This document shows positions 8,450 to 16,196 of a DNA stretch of 20,000 nt, piece after piece (position 1 is the first letter of the stretch; the number at the start of each line of letters is the position of its first letter). The stretch is from IMG/VR virus record IMGVR_UViG_3300000243_000001; one strand, given 5' to 3'. This DNA is from an uncultured virus (IMG/VR IMGVR_UViG_3300000243_000001) (Duplodnaviria > Heunggongvirae > Uroviricota > Caudoviricetes). The notes under the pieces were generated by a model that saw only the letters and a program-made list of their open reading frames with translations, had not been told where the DNA came from and did not search any database. Both the position numbers and the translations under genes were made by a program.

Positions 8450-10321
8450 ATGAAATTACTTGGAGACGAAATGTTAAACTCGGGTGAGGTTCTATCATCC
8501 GAGTTTTCCGATAATACTGTTAAGTTCAATCGATTAACAGTTAATTCAATGTCTGAAGTAGATCTCCAATCTGTTAATAAGAATGTAATTATAACACCTT
8601 TAGATAGTAAAGATGTTTATTTTAATGATAAAGTTTCAGATGTTTGGAATAATTGGGAACAAGATGTTGGTGTTAAACAACGAATAAATATCAGTTCTCC
8701 GAATAACTTTAACTATATCCATTTTTTAAGTAGTATTGGAAGAAACTTCAGTATTGATAATTCAGCTCTATCTGGATTACCTAGCGATGCATCGTTTGTT
8801 ATTGATTGGTGGATGTTTCAATATGATGCAAATGTTGACGGTTGTTTAATGTATAACGGATCGACATTGTCTCCAAACCCTGTAGAGAATAAAGAACTAT
8901 GTATTTCTACATCTGGAGATATAGTAGATCCAACGACATTAGATGTGACCGCAAATCCAGGTAATGACGGATATCTAAACATATTATATCCGCCGTTAAA
9001 ATCCTTAAATAAAATCAACGATGATTTCTGGCATCACTTCGCGCTAGTTGCACAGGATGGACAAATTCAACTAATAGTAGACTCGAAAGTTAACGATCAA
9101 ACACAATTTGATGGTATTAATTCTATAGAGGATCTTTTCTTTGGTTTTGGTTATTCTTCTGGCATTGAAGCTTATGTTAGTTCTTTAAGGATTACGAAAA
9201 ATAGTGATTTAAATTGGTTTGATGGTAATTTCGATTTACCAGTCAATGATTATAATGTAGATGCTAATACCGAATTCTTAATGGATTCAACATCTCTCGT
9301 TGATACTACAGCCAATAATGCTGTAACTGTGTTTGGTGATGCGTTGAATATATATCAAGAAGATCATTACATATATCTTCAAAAATCATATCGCCATGCT
9401 ATTGTATCATTCAATTTTGATGCCGATGCGACAGTATATTTACCATATTCCAATTCACCTATTGGACTTGAATTAATAAATAAATCTAATCATAAGGTTA
9501 TACTTAAGTCTTTAGATTTCAAAGACAGTAATGAATTTCATTTTTATCCAGTTGCACATGGTGTAACCATGTTTAACATCAATGATAAATGGGTACCGCA
9601 TGAAAGTCATTATGATGGAGTTATACCTAAAGAACAACACGATTATCCGATAACACAGAGTGTAGTGATATCGTCGTATGATGGTGGTGCAACATTAAAT
9701 CAGCACGGTCATGACATTCGTGTGATTGATCCAGCATCTCCCCCAGCATTGATTTACGATAGAACATGTCCAGTAAGATTCAATAACAATGTTATTGACA
9801 TGCGTGTTGGTAGCTGGCCGTTCGCTGCACCTTTAATCCTTCCTGATGCTTGGGTTAATACAGCTACGATTGATAGATCTCAATGTTCATTTTATATAAA
9901 GCTCCTTGCTGATTTGCCGAACGATTTTAAATTATTGACTGGTAATGGTGATATTTTTGGTTTTGATTACATGACTGCAACACGTGCATATCCTTGTACC
10001 TGGTTGAGGTATCGCGCTAGTGGTACATTGCAGCGCACTGGGTACCCATCATTTGTGTGGAATCCCGATACTTGGTTTCATATTAAACTGGAATATCGTA
10101 GTGTCTGCTGGACTTGGGGTACTGGTACTACACCAATATGGAGATATGGTCGTATAACCGTTTCTAATTGGGATAAAACTCAGACACTTGTTAATTCCGA
10201 ACTTAGAGACTCTCGAGTTCAATCGGATAGTAGTACATATTACTGGGGATGGTCAGCTATGCCTCACTCATTCACTCAAGGTAACTATTTGATTGCTGGA
10301 CTTCAGCTTGATAATACATAG
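8450..10321 (+). CDS. Divergent fibre/receptor-binding paralog (LamG + LP domain + Trp-rich C-terminal domain)
   Basis: FNRLTVNSMSEVD; FVIDWW...GCLMYNG...NKELCISTSG...GYLNILYPPLKS...WHHFALV...LRITKNSDLNW...DANTEFLM; TVYLPYSNSPIGLELIN. Confidence 0.72.
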   Translation: MKLLGDEMLNSGEVLSSEFSDNTVKFNRLTVNSMSEVDLQSVNKNVIITPLDSKDVYFNDKVSDVWNNWEQDVGVKQRINISSPNNFNYIHFLSSIGRNFSIDNSALSGLPSDASFVIDWWMFQYDANVDGCLMYNGSTLSPNPVENKELCISTSGDIVDPTTLDVTANPGNDGYLNILYPPLKSLNKINDDFWHHFALVAQDGQIQLIVDSKVNDQTQFDGINSIEDLFFGFGYSSGIEAYVSSLRITKNSDLNWFDGNFDLPVNDYNVDANTEFLMDSTSLVDTTANNAVTVFGDALNIYQEDHYIYLQKSYRHAIVSFNFDADATVYLPYSNSPIGLELINKSNHKVILKSLDFKDSNEFHFYPVAHGVTMFNINDKWVPHESHYDGVIPKEQHDYPITQSVVISSYDGGATLNQHGHDIRVIDPASPPALIYDRTCPVRFNNNVIDMRVGSWPFAAPLILPDAWVNTATIDRSQCSFYIKLLADLPNDFKLLTGNGDIFGFDYMTATRAYPCTWLRYRASGTLQRTGYPSFVWNPDTWFHIKLEYRSVCWTWGTGTTPIWRYGRITVSNWDKTQTLVNSELRDSRVQSDSSTYYWGWSAMPHSFTQGNYLIAGLQLDNT

Positions 10322-10332
10322 AGGTTTAACTT

Positions 10333-12222
10333 ATGGAAATGCATGGCAAATTAAACCTTGTAGATTCACAAGTTAAGTCTGATGAATTTGCAAGTACAAA
10401 TCAGTTTAATAAGTTAGTCGTTAATAATCTTTCTGAGATTGATCAGGGAACACTCGATCGAGATACGATCGTTATTAATAAGGATGATGATCGAATTTAT
10501 ACATTTAATCTTGGTGCAAATGCTTGGGTTTCAACTGAGTTTGAGATTAATTCTAAATTCGATTTGAAGTATATTGAAGCAATTGATATTACTGAAGTAC
10601 AAGATGTGTATAATGAAATACATCTTGATAGATTAACAGATTTATCTGTTGAACCAGATCTGTTTGACTTCGGTCCAATAGGTTCACCGATAGATTTTGT
10701 GATTGATTTTTGGTTAAAGCCAGCTGCTGCGTCTACCAATGGTACAATTTTATATAATGGAATCAACACAGGACAGGTTGATCTTGAAATCAATAAGAAT
10801 CTACTTCTTAGCACTAATGGTACAACATTAATTAAAGATCCTAATTATCAAAACGATCCAACATATGATCTTGATCCCTTGATTAATTTTAAGGTAAATT
10901 CATTTAGGCCAATGCTATCGTCTAATATTGACGTTGTGTATTATCATATGGTTCATGTTGCTATGATTCGTTCTGGTGATACAACGTATCTAGCGATTAA
11001 TGGTGAGATTGCGGATTCTGCACCATCTGTTGAATACTTTCATTATGATGATGTTCTTATTGGTTCCGGTTATGTTAATGATGTTAATTACGGTATAGTT
11101 AATCTTAGGATATCTAAGAATACAGACCGTGGGTGGACCGAAGGTTTTATTCCACCCAATTTTAATCATATTGTTGATGATAATACTGATTTCTTAATGG
11201 ATTCTACATCGAATGTTGTGGTTGATTTAACTAATAACTATGCAATTGTTGAATCTGGTGAACCCACAGTTATTACACAAGATAGATTCTATTATGAAAT
11301 ACCACAAGAATACAATGGTAGTATAATTAGAACTAGTTTAGTTCAAGATAAATTAGTTTTGAAATTACCAACTGAAAATCTTCCGTTTAATTGCCATTTC
11401 GATATTGATAATACACCGATTGAAGTAATTACATTGGAAGATCACAAACGGTATGGTAGAGTTCAATCGACATTGTATCCAATAAATAGTAGTGGTATTT
11501 ATAATTTTCTTCAAACATCGAAAAATATTATTGTTGATCCACATGTTGAAACTATATTTCGTAGTCGTAGTTCAATCATATTGGATGGATTCCAAGATGC
11601 AATATATGCTGAAGATGGTATGATGATACATTCTATGCGTGATGAATCGGTACAATTGGCAAACTATGCTGTTGTTAATCGAGTTAATCATGATGTAGAT
11701 GGTGCGTTAGGTTCAATAAATCAAGATTTTTATTGTAACACTACAGCGTATTATGGATATGGTGAATATGCTAATACTCAACGTGCTGGAAATAACTTAT
11801 ATATGTTTGATGCTGTTTATTATCTGAATGGAAATCACTGGACACCATTACATAATATTTATGCATCTGGATATGGTTGGTTACTTCATGGATATTCGAG
11901 TAGTTATGGTATACGAATGTATTATTATAATTCAGTATATTATCAATTTAGAAATTATGATGGAAGTCATATTGGGGATTATCTACATGTAATTTTTTCG
12001 TTTTATCGTGGACAAATCCAGATTCATCATATTAATCTTAATAAAGAATCTACATATACGATTTATACGGCTAATACATCTGCATCATATGATTTATATC
12101 GAAGATATCAAGAAGCGCATGGTGGTAATGCACAATTTTCATTTATTCGACATCGTTTGATTGATGGTGACGTTAGTGCTGACCAAATCAGTAGTTATAT
12201 TCAACAATCATATCTTAAATAG
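10333..12222 (+). CDS. Fibre/receptor-binding paralog with conserved LamG and Tyr-rich C-terminal domain
   Basis: SVEPDLFDFGPIGSPIDFVIDFW is identical to the 3699 gene. Also HVAMIRSGDTTYLAING, LVQDKLVLKLP and a Tyr/Gly/Ser-rich C-terminus. SD gagg. Confidence 0.75.
   Translation: MEMHGKLNLVDSQVKSDEFASTNQFNKLVVNNLSEIDQGTLDRDTIVINKDDDRIYTFNLGANAWVSTEFEINSKFDLKYIEAIDITEVQDVYNEIHLDRLTDLSVEPDLFDFGPIGSPIDFVIDFWLKPAAASTNGTILYNGINTGQVDLEINKNLLLSTNGTTLIKDPNYQNDPTYDLDPLINFKVNSFRPMLSSNIDVVYYHMVHVAMIRSGDTTYLAINGEIADSAPSVEYFHYDDVLIGSGYVNDVNYGIVNLRISKNTDRGWTEGFIPPNFNHIVDDNTDFLMDSTSNVVVDLTNNYAIVESGEPTVITQDRFYYEIPQEYNGSIIRTSLVQDKLVLKLPTENLPFNCHFDIDNTPIEVITLEDHKRYGRVQSTLYPINSSGIYNFLQTSKNIIVDPHVETIFRSRSSIILDGFQDAIYAEDGMMIHSMRDESVQLANYAVVNRVNHDVDGALGSINQDFYCNTTAYYGYGEYANTQRAGNNLYMFDAVYYLNGNHWTPLHNIYASGYGWLLHGYSSSYGIRMYYYNSVYYQFRNYDGSHIGDYLHVIFSFYRGQIQIHHINLNKESTYTIYTANTSASYDLYRRYQEAHGGNAQFSFIRHRLIDGDVSADQISSYIQQSYLK
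10648..10713 (+). repeat. Near-identical direct repeat, copy 2 (copy 1 at 4023-4088)
   Basis: Same 66-nt block. A 20-nt core (ttcggtccaataggttcacc) recurs at 12564-12583. Confidence 0.9.
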
Positions 12223-12230
12223 GAGGGTAT

Positions 12231-14267
12231 ATGAAAGTATATGGTAAAACTAATATATTCTCTGGGAATATTAGTTCAAACGTTGCAGAAGAGTCTGATA
12301 AAGCTCAGAATATATTGGCTACTGATAAGTTATCTGAATTCGATATATCTGGGCTTGATTCTGAGGTATCAATTATTGATAAAGATACACATTCATTAAC
12401 AACATTTAATCCGAATGAGTCCCGATGGGATGATACAATTGATACTGGTGAGCCTGATGATACTGTATTTGTTCGAGATATTAATATTCGATTGAAAAGT
12501 ATGCGTCACTTTGCTGCATCTGCTATTGATTCTCATTTGTCTATCGACAAAACATTATTTGATTTCGGTCCAATAGGTTCACCAGAAGATTTCGTTATTG
12601 ACTTCTTAATATATAAGCCAGATGTCGATACTTTTGGGACGTTATTGTATAATGGTCAGTATACCGGTCAAGTTGATCTTGAACAGAATAAGAATTTTCT
12701 TCTTACAACTTCCGGTACAACCTTGGTTAAAGTTCCTAATTATCAAGATGATCCAAATGTATCCCATAATTCTGCTGATAATGGGTATGTTGTTTGTCGT
12801 AGACCATATTTAAAATCTAATATTAAATTAGATGCCTATAGTAATTATCACATAGCAATCATTCGATCTGGTGATACAACATACCTTGCAATAAATGGTG
12901 AAATTAATGATTCTGCACCATCTGTTGAATATTTTTCGTATGATGATGTTAAGTTTGGAACCGGTTATTATAACTCTGGTCAAGTAACTAACATTATGTC
13001 TCGGTTACGGGTTACTAAAGGTACTGATCGAGGGTGGAATAAGAATTTCACACCACCAGATTATGAAGATACTGATGGTTGTGATTTTGTTTTACATGAT
13101 ACTAATCTTGAAGATATGATGGGTAATTATACATTATCGTCTGGTGGAACCACACATTCGATAGTTAATAATATTTGTTGCACTGAATACATTTATGATA
13201 AGTATCGTAAGACAATAGTGAACTTAACCAATACTGATTTTGCTGCAGTTGCTCCTAATGCAGCTGTTCCAGTTAGTTTGGTATTATCGAATAATGAAAA
13301 TCTTCGTGAGGTTGAAATTAATCACACTTCAGATATTGATTATATATCGATTCAAAGTTCAAATGAAAAGGGATATATTAATCCAAACATACCTGGTTAT
13401 CTCAATACACCATCTGCAATGTATCAATGTGCTGATGTATTGGAATTGTTTAAGTTTAAAAATCATTGGGTTCAATCTAATGGTCATGTTAGTCGACCTA
13501 TGACACCACATATTGCTAGACGAATAACAATGCCTGGGTATGATAGTAGTGCTAATGATTCTAATCATTATAAAGCTCCAATGGTATTGGATGCAACTGC
13601 GTTGAATAATAAGACTACGACAGGGTATACTTTTGTTAATCAAGATATATTGCCAAAATCTGATATTCATGCGGTATCGTTATCTGGTTCAGTACCAATT
13701 TATCAGGCAGCAGATTCTCAATATCAAGATTGTCGAATAGATATGATTCTTCGATTTACTGCGAATCCTACATCTAATCGATCTTGGGCATACTGCTATA
13801 ACCCTGGTGTCGGTTGGGCTTGGAACGTAATAACTACTACCAGACAACTTGAATTCAGTTTGGGTCAATATGGTGGAAATCAAACTGCGGTTCGTAGAAG
13901 TGCTTACACTGCATCGTTGCCGTTAAATGAATGGTGTTTTGTATCTATTCGATTTGACTGTAGTGCTCCTGCTAATACTACATCTGCAAGTATATATTCA
14001 TATATTCGTAGTTTAGAAACTGATGTTGTTCATCAGAATAACGTTCGAATTGGATCTTGGACATTTAGTGCAGGTGGATACTGGTATCGTTACTACTATT
14101 ACAATCGCACTTATAAACTTTACATGGGATATGCATATTCTCGCGGAATAACTCAATTCAATAGTGGTAATCCAATAGATCTTCTCGCATATCGTCGCGA
14201 TGGCAATAGTGGTTATCCAACAAGAAATAGTGGATTTGAGTCAATTGAAGATTTTATGAATATTTAG
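12231..14267 (+). CDS. Fibre/receptor-binding paralog with conserved LamG and Tyr/Trp-rich C-terminal LamG-like domain
   Basis: FDFGPIGSPEDFVIDF, GQVDLEQNKN, HIAIIRSGDTTYLAING and LRVTKGTDRGWNKNFTPP. C-terminal LPLNEWCFVSIRFD...KLYMG. SD ggagg. Confidence 0.75.
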   Translation: MKVYGKTNIFSGNISSNVAEESDKAQNILATDKLSEFDISGLDSEVSIIDKDTHSLTTFNPNESRWDDTIDTGEPDDTVFVRDINIRLKSMRHFAASAIDSHLSIDKTLFDFGPIGSPEDFVIDFLIYKPDVDTFGTLLYNGQYTGQVDLEQNKNFLLTTSGTTLVKVPNYQDDPNVSHNSADNGYVVCRRPYLKSNIKLDAYSNYHIAIIRSGDTTYLAINGEINDSAPSVEYFSYDDVKFGTGYYNSGQVTNIMSRLRVTKGTDRGWNKNFTPPDYEDTDGCDFVLHDTNLEDMMGNYTLSSGGTTHSIVNNICCTEYIYDKYRKTIVNLTNTDFAAVAPNAAVPVSLVLSNNENLREVEINHTSDIDYISIQSSNEKGYINPNIPGYLNTPSAMYQCADVLELFKFKNHWVQSNGHVSRPMTPHIARRITMPGYDSSANDSNHYKAPMVLDATALNNKTTTGYTFVNQDILPKSDIHAVSLSGSVPIYQAADSQYQDCRIDMILRFTANPTSNRSWAYCYNPGVGWAWNVITTTRQLEFSLGQYGGNQTAVRRSAYTASLPLNEWCFVSIRFDCSAPANTTSASIYSYIRSLETDVVHQNNVRIGSWTFSAGGYWYRYYYYNRTYKLYMGYAYSRGITQFNSGNPIDLLAYRRDGNSGYPTRNSGFESIEDFMNI

Positions 14268-14275
14268 GAATTATA

Positions 14276-15283
14276 ATGGGACAACTTAATTTTAGTATGC
14301 CAAGCATTTGGGAGTATCTCCCGATATATAAGCAACTGTTGGGCGATAAGCGCGATTATATCAAAGATAATATTAACTTCGATTCAGTATTCGGTGTCTT
14401 TGCTGGAGCTGATAAAATTGCTGGTGGTAGATTTCTATGTTATCAACCAGAGTTATATCCATCTCAACAAGATATGATCGATACTGTTAAATTTTACAAT
14501 GACAATAATGTATCTGTTCGATATACATTTAGTAATCTCGTTGCAACAGAAAAGCATCTTGACGACCCAATGGTTAATTTTGCTTTAGATATTGCACATA
14601 ATGAGATGAATGGAATTATTGTTGGGAATCCGGTTATTGAAAACTATATTCGAACCACATTCCCGAAGTATAAAATCATATCATCTATTACTAATTGGAA
14701 TACAACAAAAGATTATGCTAGATCTGAATTGGATCGTGGTGTTGACATGTTGGTGTTAAATTCTGCATTAATTAGAGATTATGATTTTATTAAGACTTTA
14801 GATCTATCTAGAGTTGAGATAATGATTAATGATGGTTGTGTACGAAAGTGTGCCAATCGATTTGAACATTATTCGATGGAAAGTCATATGAATTTGAACT
14901 ATGACGCCGCGACCATGTATAATGATACTGACGTCTTTTCGCAATATCATGAATGGGCACAAGCTTTTTGTACATCTCGACCGATCCCAGACGTTAATTC
15001 TTTACCTCCTGTAATTTTACCAAACGAAGTACCTTATGATTATGTTATTCCAGATGAAGAACTGGAAATGTTTGTTGATATGGATCCTGAGATTGTTTGG
15101 GAACTATTGCCTGAAGAATTTGATACGCTTGTTGATCTTGGTGTCGTTAACTTCAAAATAGCTGGTCGCGAGTTACAGGTTCCACCTATGGTTTATCTAT
15201 TTTTGTTAAAGACTGATGAACAGAATAGTGAGATGTTTGATATTCATAAACTTGCAATTGAGAAATACAATCTCAGAACATAA
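14276..15283 (+). CDS. U32-family (peptidase_U32-like, probably Fe-S TIM-barrel) protein
   Basis: Motifs VSVRYTFSN, NGIIVGNP...YIRTTFP, EIMINDGCVRKCANRFEHY (C188, C192, H198), AFC (C232) and GVVNFKIAGRE (cf. U32 'G...lKIeGR'). Confidence 0.7.
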   Translation: MGQLNFSMPSIWEYLPIYKQLLGDKRDYIKDNINFDSVFGVFAGADKIAGGRFLCYQPELYPSQQDMIDTVKFYNDNNVSVRYTFSNLVATEKHLDDPMVNFALDIAHNEMNGIIVGNPVIENYIRTTFPKYKIISSITNWNTTKDYARSELDRGVDMLVLNSALIRDYDFIKTLDLSRVEIMINDGCVRKCANRFEHYSMESHMNLNYDAATMYNDTDVFSQYHEWAQAFCTSRPIPDVNSLPPVILPNEVPYDYVIPDEELEMFVDMDPEIVWELLPEEFDTLVDLGVVNFKIAGRELQVPPMVYLFLLKTDEQNSEMFDIHKLAIEKYNLRT

Positions 15284-15322
15284 ATGTTAATTTATTAGGA
15301 ACAAAAACATAGAGATATAAAA

Positions 15323-16174
15323 ATGGAAAGACAAATAGCGAACATAATCGACAATGAAACCCAGTTACTAGAACTATTTTCACGAATTGATAATGGAAAA
15401 TTCTCAACGATTAACTCTGACAATTTGTCCATGATTATATCTGGTTTAGATGAAGTGAATCGTGCTACTAAATCGTTCGGTAAGAAAGATTCACAAACAT
15501 TCTCTAAACTAACATCGTTAACAATGGTTGCTTCTTCCCCTTATGGTCGACTGAAACAATGTCTGGCTATAATTGAGAAGAAGCGGTCTGCGTTACGAGA
15601 TAATCTATTCTTGATGAAGAAGCAGTTAAACATTTTGTCTAGATTAAACGTTGAAAAACAAAACGTAAAAGATGATGTTTTTAAGGATGTTGAGCGACAA
15701 AGACTTGATATCGAGACTGATGAAATTACATGTAAGATGTCAGACGCAATCCTATATGTTGAAGGTGCGATCAAAGAACTCGGATCATATCAAGATGCTT
15801 ACTTCCAAATTAAAGAAAAACATAATATTCCAGATGACTGGAGTGAATCCCACTATGAAGAATGTGAAGTTGAAGAACATATCAAGTTAGCATTCCATCA
15901 TGCCGTTCGTGATGTAACTATGACTGGTCGGATTAACGTTGGAACTCAAGAATATTTAGAACAATTTGGAATACATCCGTTAGAAGCAGATAAAATTGTA
16001 AATCACTATATAGCTGATTTAAGAAAAATTGAAAAACGTATTGATATTGACTCATTATACGTATTTTTAGATGATGTCGCCGTTCGATATAGAAATGAAC
16101 ACAAAAAATGCATAGAACGTATAGGAATAACTAATCTAGTAACCAAAGGGTTATTGTATGGTGGTAAATCTTAA
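15323..16174 (+). CDS. Hypothetical alpha-helical/coiled-coil phage protein
   Basis: 283-aa ORF with a heptad-like charged central region (RLKQCLAIIEKKRSALRDN...LDIETDEITCKMSDAILYVEGAIKEL) and C-terminal GRINVGTQEYLEQFGIHP. No function recognised. Confidence 0.6.
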   Translation: MERQIANIIDNETQLLELFSRIDNGKFSTINSDNLSMIISGLDEVNRATKSFGKKDSQTFSKLTSLTMVASSPYGRLKQCLAIIEKKRSALRDNLFLMKKQLNILSRLNVEKQNVKDDVFKDVERQRLDIETDEITCKMSDAILYVEGAIKELGSYQDAYFQIKEKHNIPDDWSESHYEECEVEEHIKLAFHHAVRDVTMTGRINVGTQEYLEQFGIHPLEADKIVNHYIADLRKIEKRIDIDSLYVFLDDVAVRYRNEHKKCIERIGITNLVTKGLLYGGKS

Positions 16175-16196
16175 TGTTATTGAATAGAGGGATATA

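Noticed and set aside
4023..12931. Dispersed direct repeats as a CRISPR array, att sites or invertase (shufflon) sites
   Set aside because: They are in-frame parts of paralogous coding domains kilobases apart, all in direct orientation, with no spacers and no recombinase or cas gene in the window.
8437..14267. TAG recoding (genetic code 15) or readthrough fusing the fibre genes into one giant protein
   Set aside because: Each downstream gene is in a different frame and has its own SD and conserved N-terminus. The long ORFs are intact under the standard code.
14276..15283. Annotation as a collagenase acting on the collagen-like fibre
   Set aside because: The label is historical for U32. The Cys pattern fits the Fe-S hydroxylase-type members better, and I recognised no protease motif.
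15284..15322. Promoter or hairpin in the gap after the U32 gene (atgtt...aacat, tataaaa)
   Set aside because: It has only a 5-bp AT-rich inverted match and no convincing promoter consensus, which is expected by chance at this AT content.
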